A stretch of 64,000 nt of DNA, taken from contig CM082576.2 in NCBI GenBank assembly GCA_040954595.2, positions 1,040,648 to 1,104,647 on the forward strand, written 5' to 3'. Positions 1 to 12,000 of this stretch are shown here, one piece after another (position 1 is the stretch's first letter; every line of letters starts with the position of its first letter). Made by a program: the position numbers and the translations under genes. The DNA comes from Balanoglossus misakiensis (taxonomy: Eukaryota > Animalia > Hemichordata). The notes under the pieces were generated by a model. It saw only the letters and a list, made by a program, of their open reading frames with translations, made no database searches and had not been told where the DNA came from.

Positions 1-46
1 TATAGACACAGACACATGTGGAAACTGAGACTTCTGACTGTTACAG

Positions 47-3000
47 ATTCCAAGTACCCGGGGCAGATATCGGAGCTACATTCCATGTCAGAAATCCAGT
101 AAGTCTTTAATACACCTTTCTGAACTGAAGTTTGATGATATTCCATGATAGTAGAATTTAAACATATCATCGATGTGTATATGTTTGTCTGTTTATTGAG
201 CCTTCATGACAGGATATAACAATTCCTTATAACTTGTCAAAAACGCGATAAACTAGAGTACAAATCTTAATGTATATGTGATAGTAACAGATTACAAATT
301 GTTTCTAAAAGTTTCTGGTAGAATATCTGTCAGCTATTGAGGGTACATTGACTTGGAGCGCTAGCAAAGGTTGTCATGTTTACAACAACAGGTAAGAATA
401 TTTTCTTTGAAATGAATTTGTGTTTGGATGGTAATCAGCATACATGAGCTGCTATGTTTAAGAAAATATTTTGATAAAAGTGCACAAACTAGTAAAAGGA
501 TGTTTGGAAAAATAATTGTTCTGATGTTGCTCTTACTTTCCACAGTGCACCAGTGACCCAAATACTGTGCAGAGAAGCAGGTGCACATACAATCAAACTA
601 CAAGAATGGGTGAGTTACTGAAGATTACACAGAGACAGTTTGTTAGGTGGAAACAGCTACTGTATGTAACTTTGAAAAAAAAGCAAGTGCTATACAGAAG
701 TAACAACTCTAAGTATTATTTTTGACATTTCTTCCAATAACATCCTGATGTTTTTTTATTGCAGAATGGATTACTGAAGGAAACATCCCAGCAAATAATG
801 GTAGTTGATGACCCTAAGTGTTACAGATGGTATTTGGTAACCATGGAAACTGTTACCAGTGACAGGTATGCAAGTTACATTAGGGTTACCACTTCGTTTG
901 GGTAAACACATTTGGTTGCGCACAACGGTGGTCCATGCATTTCAACGCCAGTCGCCGTACGTCAGCTGACCGATGATAACAATAATTTATATAAAATTTT
1001 CCCTTTCTTTTAAAACAAAATATATAATAGTTAATACTGGGGTTTTATTTAGCAGTATTCCAACAGAATCAGAATCCTATTCATGGAGATTGTGGATTAT
1101 TGATCCAGCACATGCAGATGACGAGGAGAGAAATTTTACTGCAATACTGCCCTCACAGGTATAATTTAAAAATGGAGATATCTCTTCCCAGCCTGATCTG
1201 TTGCACAAATGTGACTTCTGTAAATATATATTGGGTCAACAAAATACAGATTTTCTCACATTTAGTATTTCTTTAGGTAAAGCTTCATAAATGATGATTC
1301 TGTCTGGTCTTGTGTTTAGTGATGAAGAAAATTGAGTGAAGCATACTTTGGAAATGCTCATGATGCTGTACCTGAGACTTTAAAATTATCCCTTGCATAC
1401 ATATTTTAACAAAATGAATCCTTTATTTTTTATCTAGCTCTCTGCAGACTTGACAGCACAGTTCATTGCAAAGCATCAAGATGCTGTTATCAGTCTAGTG
1501 CCCTCACTGGTAGGACAGGAGTTTACTATCATGTCAATGATACCACACTACAGCTTAGGGTATTATGCTTTAAATGCATCATCAAAAATAAATATAGTAA
1601 GCAGAGTAAAAGATATGTGTGTCATGCAGAATATGAGAATGGAAGGAAACTTTCAGCTGATGTAGGATATAAGATAACGAATTAAGAGTTGATCATGTCC
1701 TATCAGTTTCCCCACGTAAAATACCAGTACCTATTTTCTTGAGGGGGAAATAAACTACATATCAGAAGTGTCGCAAAATTTGTTTGCATACAGGTACAAC
1801 AGTAAGACTATACTTTGTTAAAAAAAACACTGACCAAACTCGTATAGCAAGGAATGAACTCCTGGCATTGTTGTCTATACAGATACTGGGACATAAGAGG
1901 TGATCTAAAATACAAAGATACATATCAAATGAGAGTCAGGATAATGGGAAAACCACATGTTGCAGTTGGAAATTGTTTTATCAGGTAAGTTTAGAAATTA
2001 AGAGTTTACAGACTTGTAATGCAAAGAACTATTTTAACAACAATTTTATTGTATTATCATTCATAGAAATACCATTCTTGGGGACCTTTGTTATCACATC
2101 ATCATCATCATCAGCAGCAGCATCAATTGCACTTCACATACATCTCTATTTTTTGGATTCACATAGTGAACAACACAGAAGCTTAAAAACGAACACAAGA
2201 AAATCATACATTGAATTTCTGTGCTCTGTATTGTTTTTATTGCCATCCCTCAACAGAGACACAGAGGTTTTGTTGAGCAGAACAAAGTTTATTCTTGGTG
2301 TTACACATTTTGAAGACTTGGTCCAGCTGAGAGGTGTCGAGGGCAAGTCAGTTATTGTACAGGTATGCCTTCAGTTTTTATCAGATAGGGTGATTGGCCA
2401 GTTTGATGCCAAATTTTCTTAACATCTCTGAAAACACCACCCTCCACTGTTTGTTTACACTCTCTTCCAATTTTCTGTAGGATGCCTGTGCCACAAATGT
2501 TGCAGCATTATTGACTGGGTAGGTCATGTCAATAATTGAATTACGCAAATGTTAAAATCAAAGTATGAGTATTTGAACTTTACAGTAATTCTGTCCTTTT
2601 TGTAAAATTGAATACAGCAGTAGTTAATTTTTAATTTCTGTTTGTATCACATTACAGTGAAAGTGTTCTCATAACTCAGGACAACTTCTTCACCACCAAA
2701 CCCCTATGGATTCAAACCTCCGTGTTGCAGGTAGGTGTGCATTTTATATGGTGGCCAAAAGTATCCAGATGACTTGGTACCCTTTTTGGTTGTTATTGTT
2801 GATGACTGCAATGTACAAAACACATAATTTGCTTCATAAAATCTAAGCTTTGCTTTGTTTTTGTTGCATAGGAGATACCAAGTGGTGCAGTGGTTGAAGC
2901 TGTTGCTTTCTCCCAGTTTCATCTTTTCATTCTGATTGGTTTTCAAGTATTTGCAAAAAATACAACTGGAGAAGAATTCCAGAAGATTGAAGGTATGATC

Positions 3001-6000
3001 TTGTGGCCATGCAGTGACTGTCTGCTAGATATCAAACTGTGAAAAACAGAAAATATAGATCTGGCATCAGACACAAACTAATCAAACAAAGATTGAATAT
3101 CACAATTCAGAATTGAAGTCAAAACCTCACATTTTATACAATCAACGCATATAATGATTGTGGGAAACCGTCAACCGTTGTTTCATTATGTCCCAAACAC
3201 CCACTCTTGCCTCAATTTTCAAAGAACAATAACCCCAGTGAAATTTTGATGGTGAAATCTTTGCGGAACCTAAATTACAAGTGTACCCACTACTGATAGC
3301 TTTGGGCTCCACAGCTTAATTCAAATTGTAAATGAAGTTCACCTTAATTGTCACAGACTGGAGGCTGAGGTCCCACCTACACGTTTTTCAATTACCTTTG
3401 AAGACACAGTAAGAGGTCTTGCACTGAATCCTTTCAGTTCAGAATAAATATAGTTAGTATGTGGGAGAATATAGTGTGGTCACAATTTTCAGAGCTGATG
3501 TAGAAATAGAGTTGCCCATAGAAATGATGTGTTCAGCTGAAAGCATCAATAAGCTCAGTGACGGATATGATGCAACTATGGAATTGTTTTTGATGATATG
3601 GAAAGAAACAGACAGTCTAGTTACAAGGAAAAGCAAGAACTTATTTGAATACATTTTGTTCATTATTATATTAATGGAATTATGATTGAAATCATGCCGA
3701 CACTGTTTAGCTGTGATATTTCTATTGTAGGATTGCCAGCGTCTGGTGTTGAAGGTTTGACAGGAAGACAGGCCTACCTTACCATGTGCAGTGGACAGGT
3801 GACAGATATCGCATATACTAGACTGCAACTTTTTCTTGCAGAATTTCTGTAAATGTACATGTACTTCTCAGTGAAAGCTCTAAAGAAAGTGTGTACATTG
3901 ATTTTTACCATGAAATTCCTGCTTGAAGTCACGTATTGAAGTCACATCTAGATTAACGTCTAAACCTAGTACATATATTACCTTTATCTGTTGGGAAGCC
4001 TGTGATAATTGGAGCTTTGTATGAAAAAGTACAAGAAACCCTATCGGTATACGTAGAAACTTGAGAAATGCGATAGTATGCAGTATATCTCCTTCTCAAT
4101 AATATAGAAGTGGAATGTTTCTTCACCTTTCAATTTTTGTGTCTCTAGGATCATCCAGCTGTACTTTCCTGGAACAATGATACTATCTATGGAATAAGTG
4201 TTAGGAACACTTTCAGTTCAGTAAAAATCAGCAAACACCCACTTCCTCAGTCTATCACATCCAGGATTGGTTTTTCCCCAGGGAACTCATCAGTGAGTAC
4301 TTGTATGATTCTCTCTGTAGAAAATCTGTTTCACTCCCAAAGGGACCTCTTTGGAAGTGTTAAGTGAAAAATTTAATTTCCTCCTCAATAGTTTGACGTC
4401 AACCTTTGACTTCACAACTTCTGTGAACAATCTGATATTCATTACATACGTCGTCTGTGTAAGTGCTTGAAGTAATTTATCCTCAAGAGGTGTATTGTGA
4501 GAGTGAAGGACTTTAAAATCGATTTATGTAATGTAGAACGTTTTACTGTAAACATAAAATGTGAAGACGTAACAACAGAGGAACTGAAGTGTAATTTCAA
4601 AGTGGAAAACATAACTTCACTTGGGTAACTCATTCTGGCAAACATAAAAAAATGAATTGAAATAAAATCTGTGTGTGTTCATGTGTTGCTGATATGTTAA
4701 GCTTGACTATTGACATCTTTCATAGGCCAGCATTCAAGATGTTGTGTACACACTCTTTCCAAGTGACATTGGTGTGGCTGTGAAAGTTTGGGATGAAAAC
4801 CAGTCACTTTTTATGTTCTTGATGTTGAATCTGCCTTCTGACACCTGGAGGTACCTTCCGTTCTTTGCAAAATCACCAGGTAAAAACTTTAATTAATTGT
4901 TTGCACCATCTTTGAGAATTATTCCCTATAAATGTTGAATGTGGTGATATAGTTAACACACAATTGCTCTGCGTTCAGTTCTGTGCAATGGGAGAATTGT
5001 TTTGTGATCTTTTGCATCATACAAATGTATGTATTATTTGAAGATTATAATATGATGTTCTTTTATGTTGAAATGTAACTACCAGACCTGTAAATCCAGG
5101 TATATGGGTTAGGACTGAACCATGGTGGTGAAAGGGTAAAAGCCATACAATGACAAATGACGGCTTAGGAGCTGCTAGATTAACTTTCATGCATTTTTTT
5201 TCGTGTATTTTGACTCCAGAAATCGTAAATCTTCTATTTGTTCCTGGAGTACATCAGAACTATGTATTTTGGGACAGTCATGATATATACTACAGCTTAG
5301 GCTCCGGTAAGCAAATTATTAACTACACCTTAGTAAAGGAAGCATTCTGGGAATCGACTTATCTGCCCAAGCTGTGTATTAGTTTCTTTAATAAAAGAAA
5401 ATATTTCTGTTACCACACAAACTATTTTTTTCACCAGGTACAAATATAGGAGTTATGACAGTTCATCCGTGTTCTGCTCACTTGTCGTCATGTCTTGAAT
5501 CAGATGAAATTATAAAACAAGTGGTTCTTACACCAGCAGGCAACATTGTGGCCATTACCTCCAGAAACAGTGTGCTCTGTAGCTCTTCTGGTCTAGACAC
5601 ATTTGTACAGGTATTTTTTTTATTGATAATTGTTAATTTCAAAACAAAGAAACATAGAAATTCAGACTGACCAATTAAAGAACTTCCATGTACTGCAAAG
5701 ATAATGAAGTAGAACCTGTCAATAAAAATTAATCCAGTTGCTCTTCTCTATATAGACATTCTGATTAAATTAAAGCAAGAAATCTGTGAATACACAAATC
5801 TTATTTAAAGTGAACCGACACCTTCCTTGTAGAGAGATTCTAATAAAATCTTTGTGAAAAACATGAGTGATTTGCGTCGTTTTTATTCACTTTCACTTAT
5901 CGCGCAGCAGCGTAGCGTCGATCTCGATATGCAGTGTGACGTCACCAACTACGCACCAGTAGCAGACGCCACCGTGCGCACGCTAACGTACACAGACAGT

Positions 6001-9000
6001 TGACATGGCTGGCTGCCTCGCAAGTGGGAGCAAAAACAGAGTTGGCAAAAACACGGCGAAAGGTTTTATAAGAGTTCCCGACCCTTCGGTGGACAGTCAA
6101 AATGCAAATCGACCTGAAAAATGGGTGTCAAACATTGGCATATTATTTCGGTGCTTATTGCTGAGACAGATGATACTTTTGCTTCGGAAATGTTCGTGTT
6201 CAACTAGGCCCTATATCGTGAAGCATATTGCAAAAAAAAAAAAAAACTACACAGCAAAAATTGTCGAAACAGCCGGGGCTCCTGATTTCCTTTGATCACC
6301 ATATGACGAAACCGAATTTTTGGCACTGTAAATCAAAACTCTCATCGGAAGAAAGTAGTGTGGCGGAAATAGGCCTACTAGTGAACACTGTTTTTGTCGC
6401 GTACCCAAGCTGTGAATGCATCGCAAAACCATTTCCAAAGACAAAAACGACCACCTCTACCATCTGGAAGCACCACAGATGTACTCGAAACATGACAATC
6501 GGAGTTTCTGCCTCCCTTTGATCAACAAAGCCGCATCTTTTCACAGCTGTTGATCAACGTAAAGGATGGTAGACACGTGTGGTAGACATTTTCGCGAGAG
6601 TGACAATAGGCTTACTTTCTATTCTTTTGGGAAATCACGAGGGTCCCTATTATGACATGGGTGACTAAATGTCAAAAATTATCGCATGGCTTCGTGATAT
6701 GTCATTCAAGTCTTTATCTAACTGCCTTGTCAAGACATCTATTTCATGGCAGCACCGGCATTCCTTGACAGTAGAAATAACTTCGCATTTACCGCAGCGC
6801 AGCTACACCATGAGCATGAGCGTGATGAAAGACGAAGCCGATCACTCTTCTCGATCGTCTTTGCTGTCTACACTTGCCTCTGTACTATTGGAATCAGTTT
6901 CACTTGAGTCGCCTACCATCTCATCGCTGCTGTATTCGGGTTCGTACAAAAATCCGACGATATCTTCGTTTGAAAACTCCATATCGCGTCTTTGGAAATG
7001 GTTTTGCGATGCATTCACAGCTTGGGTACGCGACAAAAACAGTGTTCACTAGTAGGCCTATTTCCGCCACACTACTTTCTTCCGATCAGAGTTTTGATTT
7101 ACAGTGCCAAAAATTCGGTTTCGTCATATGGTGATCAAAGGAAATCAGGAGCCCCGGCTGTTTCGACAATTTTTGCTGTGTAGTTTTTTTTTTTTTTTTG
7201 CAATATGCTTCACGATATAGGGCCTAGTTGAACACGAACATTTCCGAAGCAAAAGTATCATCTGTCTCAGCAATAAGCACCGAAATAATATGCCAATGTT
7301 TGACACCCATTTTTCAGGTCGATTTGCATTTTGACTGTCCACCGAAGGGTCGGGAACTCTTATAAAACCTTTCACCGTGTTTTTGCCAACTCTGTTTTTG
7401 CTCCCACTTGCGAGGGAGCCAGCCATGTCAACTGTCTGTGTACGTTAGCGTGCGCACGGTCGGTGGCGTCTGCTACTGGTGCGTAGTTGGTGACGTCACA
7501 CTGCATATCGAGATCGACGCTACGCTGCTGTGCGATAAGTGAAAGTGAATAAAAACGACGCAAATCACTCATGTTTTTCACAAAGATTTTATTAGAATCT
7601 CTCTACAAGGAAGGTGTCGGTTCACTTTAATAATAGGCTAGACATATTTCTTTTGTATTTTCCTTTAGCTTCCAACAAGAGAAATGCCAACATCAAATGT
7701 AACTGTGTATGTGGACATGCTGGGAGATCTATATTTTATCAATTTAGGGATGTAAGTATACTTGGAAGTATCATATTATCAGTTACACAGATTAAAAGTG
7801 TTGGGCTCCCTAATATCATCAGTTGAGAAGAATGTGTTTAATCAGTTTTGTTTAATAATTAAAAGATCCACATACCTGTTGTACCTTCAGTAGGTCGACC
7901 ATAACTCTTTATTACTTTATTTATCATCAATCAGTCTATGACAAAAATGAAATTACATTTGGGTGAACATTGTAATTACATACCACGGGTTATAAGCATT
8001 TAAATCTTTTGACAGAAATGGTGAAATAACTAAAAGAAGATACAGCTTGGAAGAAGATCTCAAACTTGCTCTGTTCCAGTCACCCACAAGCTGTCCGGTA
8101 ATTATGCAAATTGTGTGCTCTCTGATTTGATAATTGTCAGCAAATGAATCCATCAATGTGTAATTTTTGTGACAATTAGGGATCCTATTACAGAACTAGG
8201 CCAATAGCGGCACAACTTGTATTGCTGTTTTGGTATTCCAGATATGTATTTCAAATACAGTGAATAGCATCAAATGACATCGTATTTTCCCTTTCCTTTG
8301 AATGAACTGATGAAATGAAATTTATATATTATAAACATTCTTTGTTTTCAGTACAAATATTTGAGTCATATGGAAACTCCTGAGATGTATCATGTTGACA
8401 TTGGTGAAGGCTTTCAACTGTGGACTCATTTAGTCCATCCATCAAGTCAGTCTGTCTCTATACAGGTAAATTATTTCAAATTATTTTGAAGGACAAGAAT
8501 TTATGGTTCATAACATATAGAAGGGTTCATCTCTGATATTGAAATATATTTTCTGAATGTGTGTACCTCACTTATTAATAGGATTCAAAAATCTATGGCA
8601 TTTTTATACAGGTAACTGGTAGTCACAACAGACTGCTGCAATACACTGTTTATGAAACTTCAGATTACAAACCGGGCTGGAGAGCAAGAAATCAGGTAAG
8701 AGTGCTTAGTGCAATAGTGAATTGACTAAGTTAATAGCTTATAGTAGTAGTGTGATACTAATTATTTTTCATTCACAATGTCAGTTGCTGATATGAAAGA
8801 AACATTGTTTTTATGAAATGTATATTATACCTACGTTGTTTTAATTGTGCAAATTAGTGTCTAAAATGTGATATAACTGTAGTGATCACAATCTTGTGTG
8901 ACTCAACCAGACAACAGATTGTGAATAATGAATAATGACAGAGTTTGCGGAGATCACGCGGCAATCATTAAAGGTATTCTGTGCTGGATGTGCCTACTGG

Positions 9001-12000
9001 CAATGTACATTTCTCTAATGAAGCAAAGATACCAATCTGATTAAATCAGCTGTCAAGATACGCGGCGCCTTTACCTTTACTCGGTGTTTACTGTTCCCAT
9101 GCGGCTGTTACCACCTCTCTAAGCAGTAGAACACGAGTAGCAAATACCAAGCAAAGGTAAAAACATTTTCCATGCATCTATACAGCTGATTTTAAGCAGA
9201 TTGATAAACTTCCAATAAAACTTAAAACTTTAAGCTACACATCATGTGGTACATCACCACCACTGTGTAAACAAAATACATGTACTGAGTATACTATTAC
9301 TGGTGGTATGTTCCATCTGATGTTGCATCATTGTACATACTTTCATGCTGGTAAAGTTGATGCTAACATTAAAAACCCCGAAATCCTATCACATGGCCAC
9401 ACATTTCAGTGAATATTATTCTGGAAACCCTTTCTATCATGGCAAATAGGTCAGGCTGTTGATGACGATGTTTTTCAAAGCATGCTCTGACCACTTCTAA
9501 GAAAATGCAGATATACCGGTATAATAAATATATGTATCTTTGGGGAATGCCCGGATGTGTGAGCCAAAATTTTTCATGCCACTTTAGATTTTACATTATA
9601 AACATTTAAACAGAACTCTTGTAATTTCCGCCCATCAGATGAGTGTGTAATTGAAATATTATGTCTCCATGGTTACTTTTTTATGTTGTCAAACAATCTC
9701 ACTTAATACAGTAATTCCCACATCCACTCTAGAAATATGTCTTCTTGTTTTCAATTAGTAAATGCAGTACTGTACATTTAATGTAGGCAAATATGAAATG
9801 GTGACCATTACAATATCATTTATGTTCTGGCATGAATAATTCAACCAAGACATGTTTACTATCAATCTATTGTCTTGGGGCTTGTTTCATATATATTTCT
9901 CTCGCTTTCAGCATTTAACACAGAAATTACTGTCATTTTAATGTGTACATAAACTGATTTTTTTGCTTTCCGTAATAGATGATACAGGTTTCTCAGTCAG
10001 CATTGAATTTGCAGGGAAGTAACACTTATGAAGACTGGTTATCACTCAATTCAGGGTTGTTTGCTTTGGAATTAATGCCATCACAGAGATCTGTAGGATG
10101 CACTGGACCTTCTAAGAAGGCAAGTAGCTTGTTTGAAATCTACCGAGGAGAGTCATTTTCACAGTAATGGGAATTCATGCCTTAAGGGTGTAGCGGTCAG
10201 TCCCTCAGTGAATAGTTATCAGAAAACGGCACAAAAACAGCACTTCTCCCATTATTATTATGGTCATTGGGGGGAAAGTGAAAAAGAGCTTCAAATGTCA
10301 GCTGTTATCCAGCTGTGTGCATTGCTTTCTCTGAGTTGAAGCCATGTGAGATAATCTCATTATATCCCGGCACACATGAACAGACAGTGGTGCCGTTTTC
10401 TAACCATCTTGGGAAACTCGCATTGCTTTGAAACAATAATGAGGATCAGGAGACACATGATGTGGCTTAATTCTACATTATATCCATTTTGGGCAATATT
10501 AATCGCATTTTGTAGCCTATATTTTTGGTATAGCTATATTGATAGGTTGTGTCCTGACAGTCCTGGGCTATTTTAAGTGTATGATATTGATTTGTAATTT
10601 TACATTAATAAATTTATACACTTAAGCATCTTTGTTACACTGTGAAAACACATCTGTTGTCAATTTCAAAACACTATTTGCCTCTATCATTATCTTAAAT
10701 GTATTAGATCTGTATAACTGTAGTGTGGAATGTGCTGTATATTATTAATGAGGGGCGTGTCTGTCTCGACCGCTGTTCCAACCACATGACTCGGTTTTTT
10801 AATAGAAATGTGACATCTTTACATGATTTCTACTTTATCTTCTTATCCCACACAACCACGTCATTGAAAACACTGAGAGCCTCTAAGGTAGTATTTTACA
10901 AGTGATACAACTACTGGCAAGATTATGTCTAAACATTTGACGTGCTGTTATCCCTGTCAGTGTGAGGATCAACATCTACAATGGAGGTGAATCAACTTGC
11001 GACATGTAAGACAGCAACCATGGACAATAATTTGTGGAGCATTTACATGTATGCTTGAACAACAGGAAAGGAACACAATCCTAAAAAATAGTTTGGCTGT
11101 GGGAAGACTCATCCTGTGGAGAACAATTTAAACGCTTCTTTTTTTTTATCGACCAGTCTACATGTCATATACATAGTAATATGTAGAATGGTAAGTGCCA
11201 TGGAAATATTAATATGACGACAAGCATGCATGTCTAGGCCAACCAAAAAGTACTGACATATCAAACTAGATGATAGAGCAAAAAGACCTCTGCATCCTCA
11301 GACTGATCACAGAAGGAAAGAAGATGGGCAGCGCTGATGTTTATGTGAATTCCAGTGATCCTGATGGTGGAAACATAAATCTTATTGTCCAACACACAGT
11401 TGCAGTGAAGATCTGTATTGGTGTTATTTTACTTCTGATAATCATATGCATCGTGGTTGGCAATCTGCTAGTGATCACATCATTGGTCAAATATGAGACT
11501 CTGCAACATCAACTCTCAAGATGTCTGATTTTAAATTTGGCATTTGCGGATCTTGCATTGGGCATCCTTACAGTGCCATTCCGCTTATTGCGAGAGTTGT
11601 TTGGAAGTTGGATATTTGGACAGACATTCTGTAATTTCTGGCTTGGTTTTGATGCCTTGCTAGCCATGGCATGTTTGTATGCAGTTGTTCTTATCAGTGT
11701 GGAGAAATACCTTTATGTAACCATGCCTTTGAAGTATACATCTCTGGTTACAAAAACAAGACTGCAGTTAATCATCCTGCTCAGTTGGCTTTTCTGTGGA
11801 GTTACCATCTTTCTGCCTTTTGCCACCAAAATTGGACTTGATGAAACTGTTGATCCAGCCGTGAAAGAAGCATGTTATGTGGCCATGAGATTGGAGTTTG
11901 TCAGCTACCTATTAGGACTGAATGTACTGTTCCCAACCAGTGTAATGTTTTATACCAACTACCAGATCTACAAAGCTGTCAAAGAACAGACAAGGAAGAT

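Larger units (their letters stand above)
5809..7626. mobile_element. Non-autonomous Kolobok-like DNA transposon (foldback structure) in a CATSPERE intron
   Basis: TTAA at 5805-5808 and 7627-7630 (target-site duplication). Termini are 5'-AG...CT-3', the RR...YY pattern of the Kolobok superfamily. Long inverted arms enclose a ~545-bp spacer with a decayed Cys-rich ORF. Confidence 0.85.

Noticed and set aside
5809-7626. piggyBac assignment because of the TTAA duplication
   Set aside because: piggyBac termini are typically CC(C/T)...(A/G)GG; these are AG...CT, and the cargo fits Kolobok.
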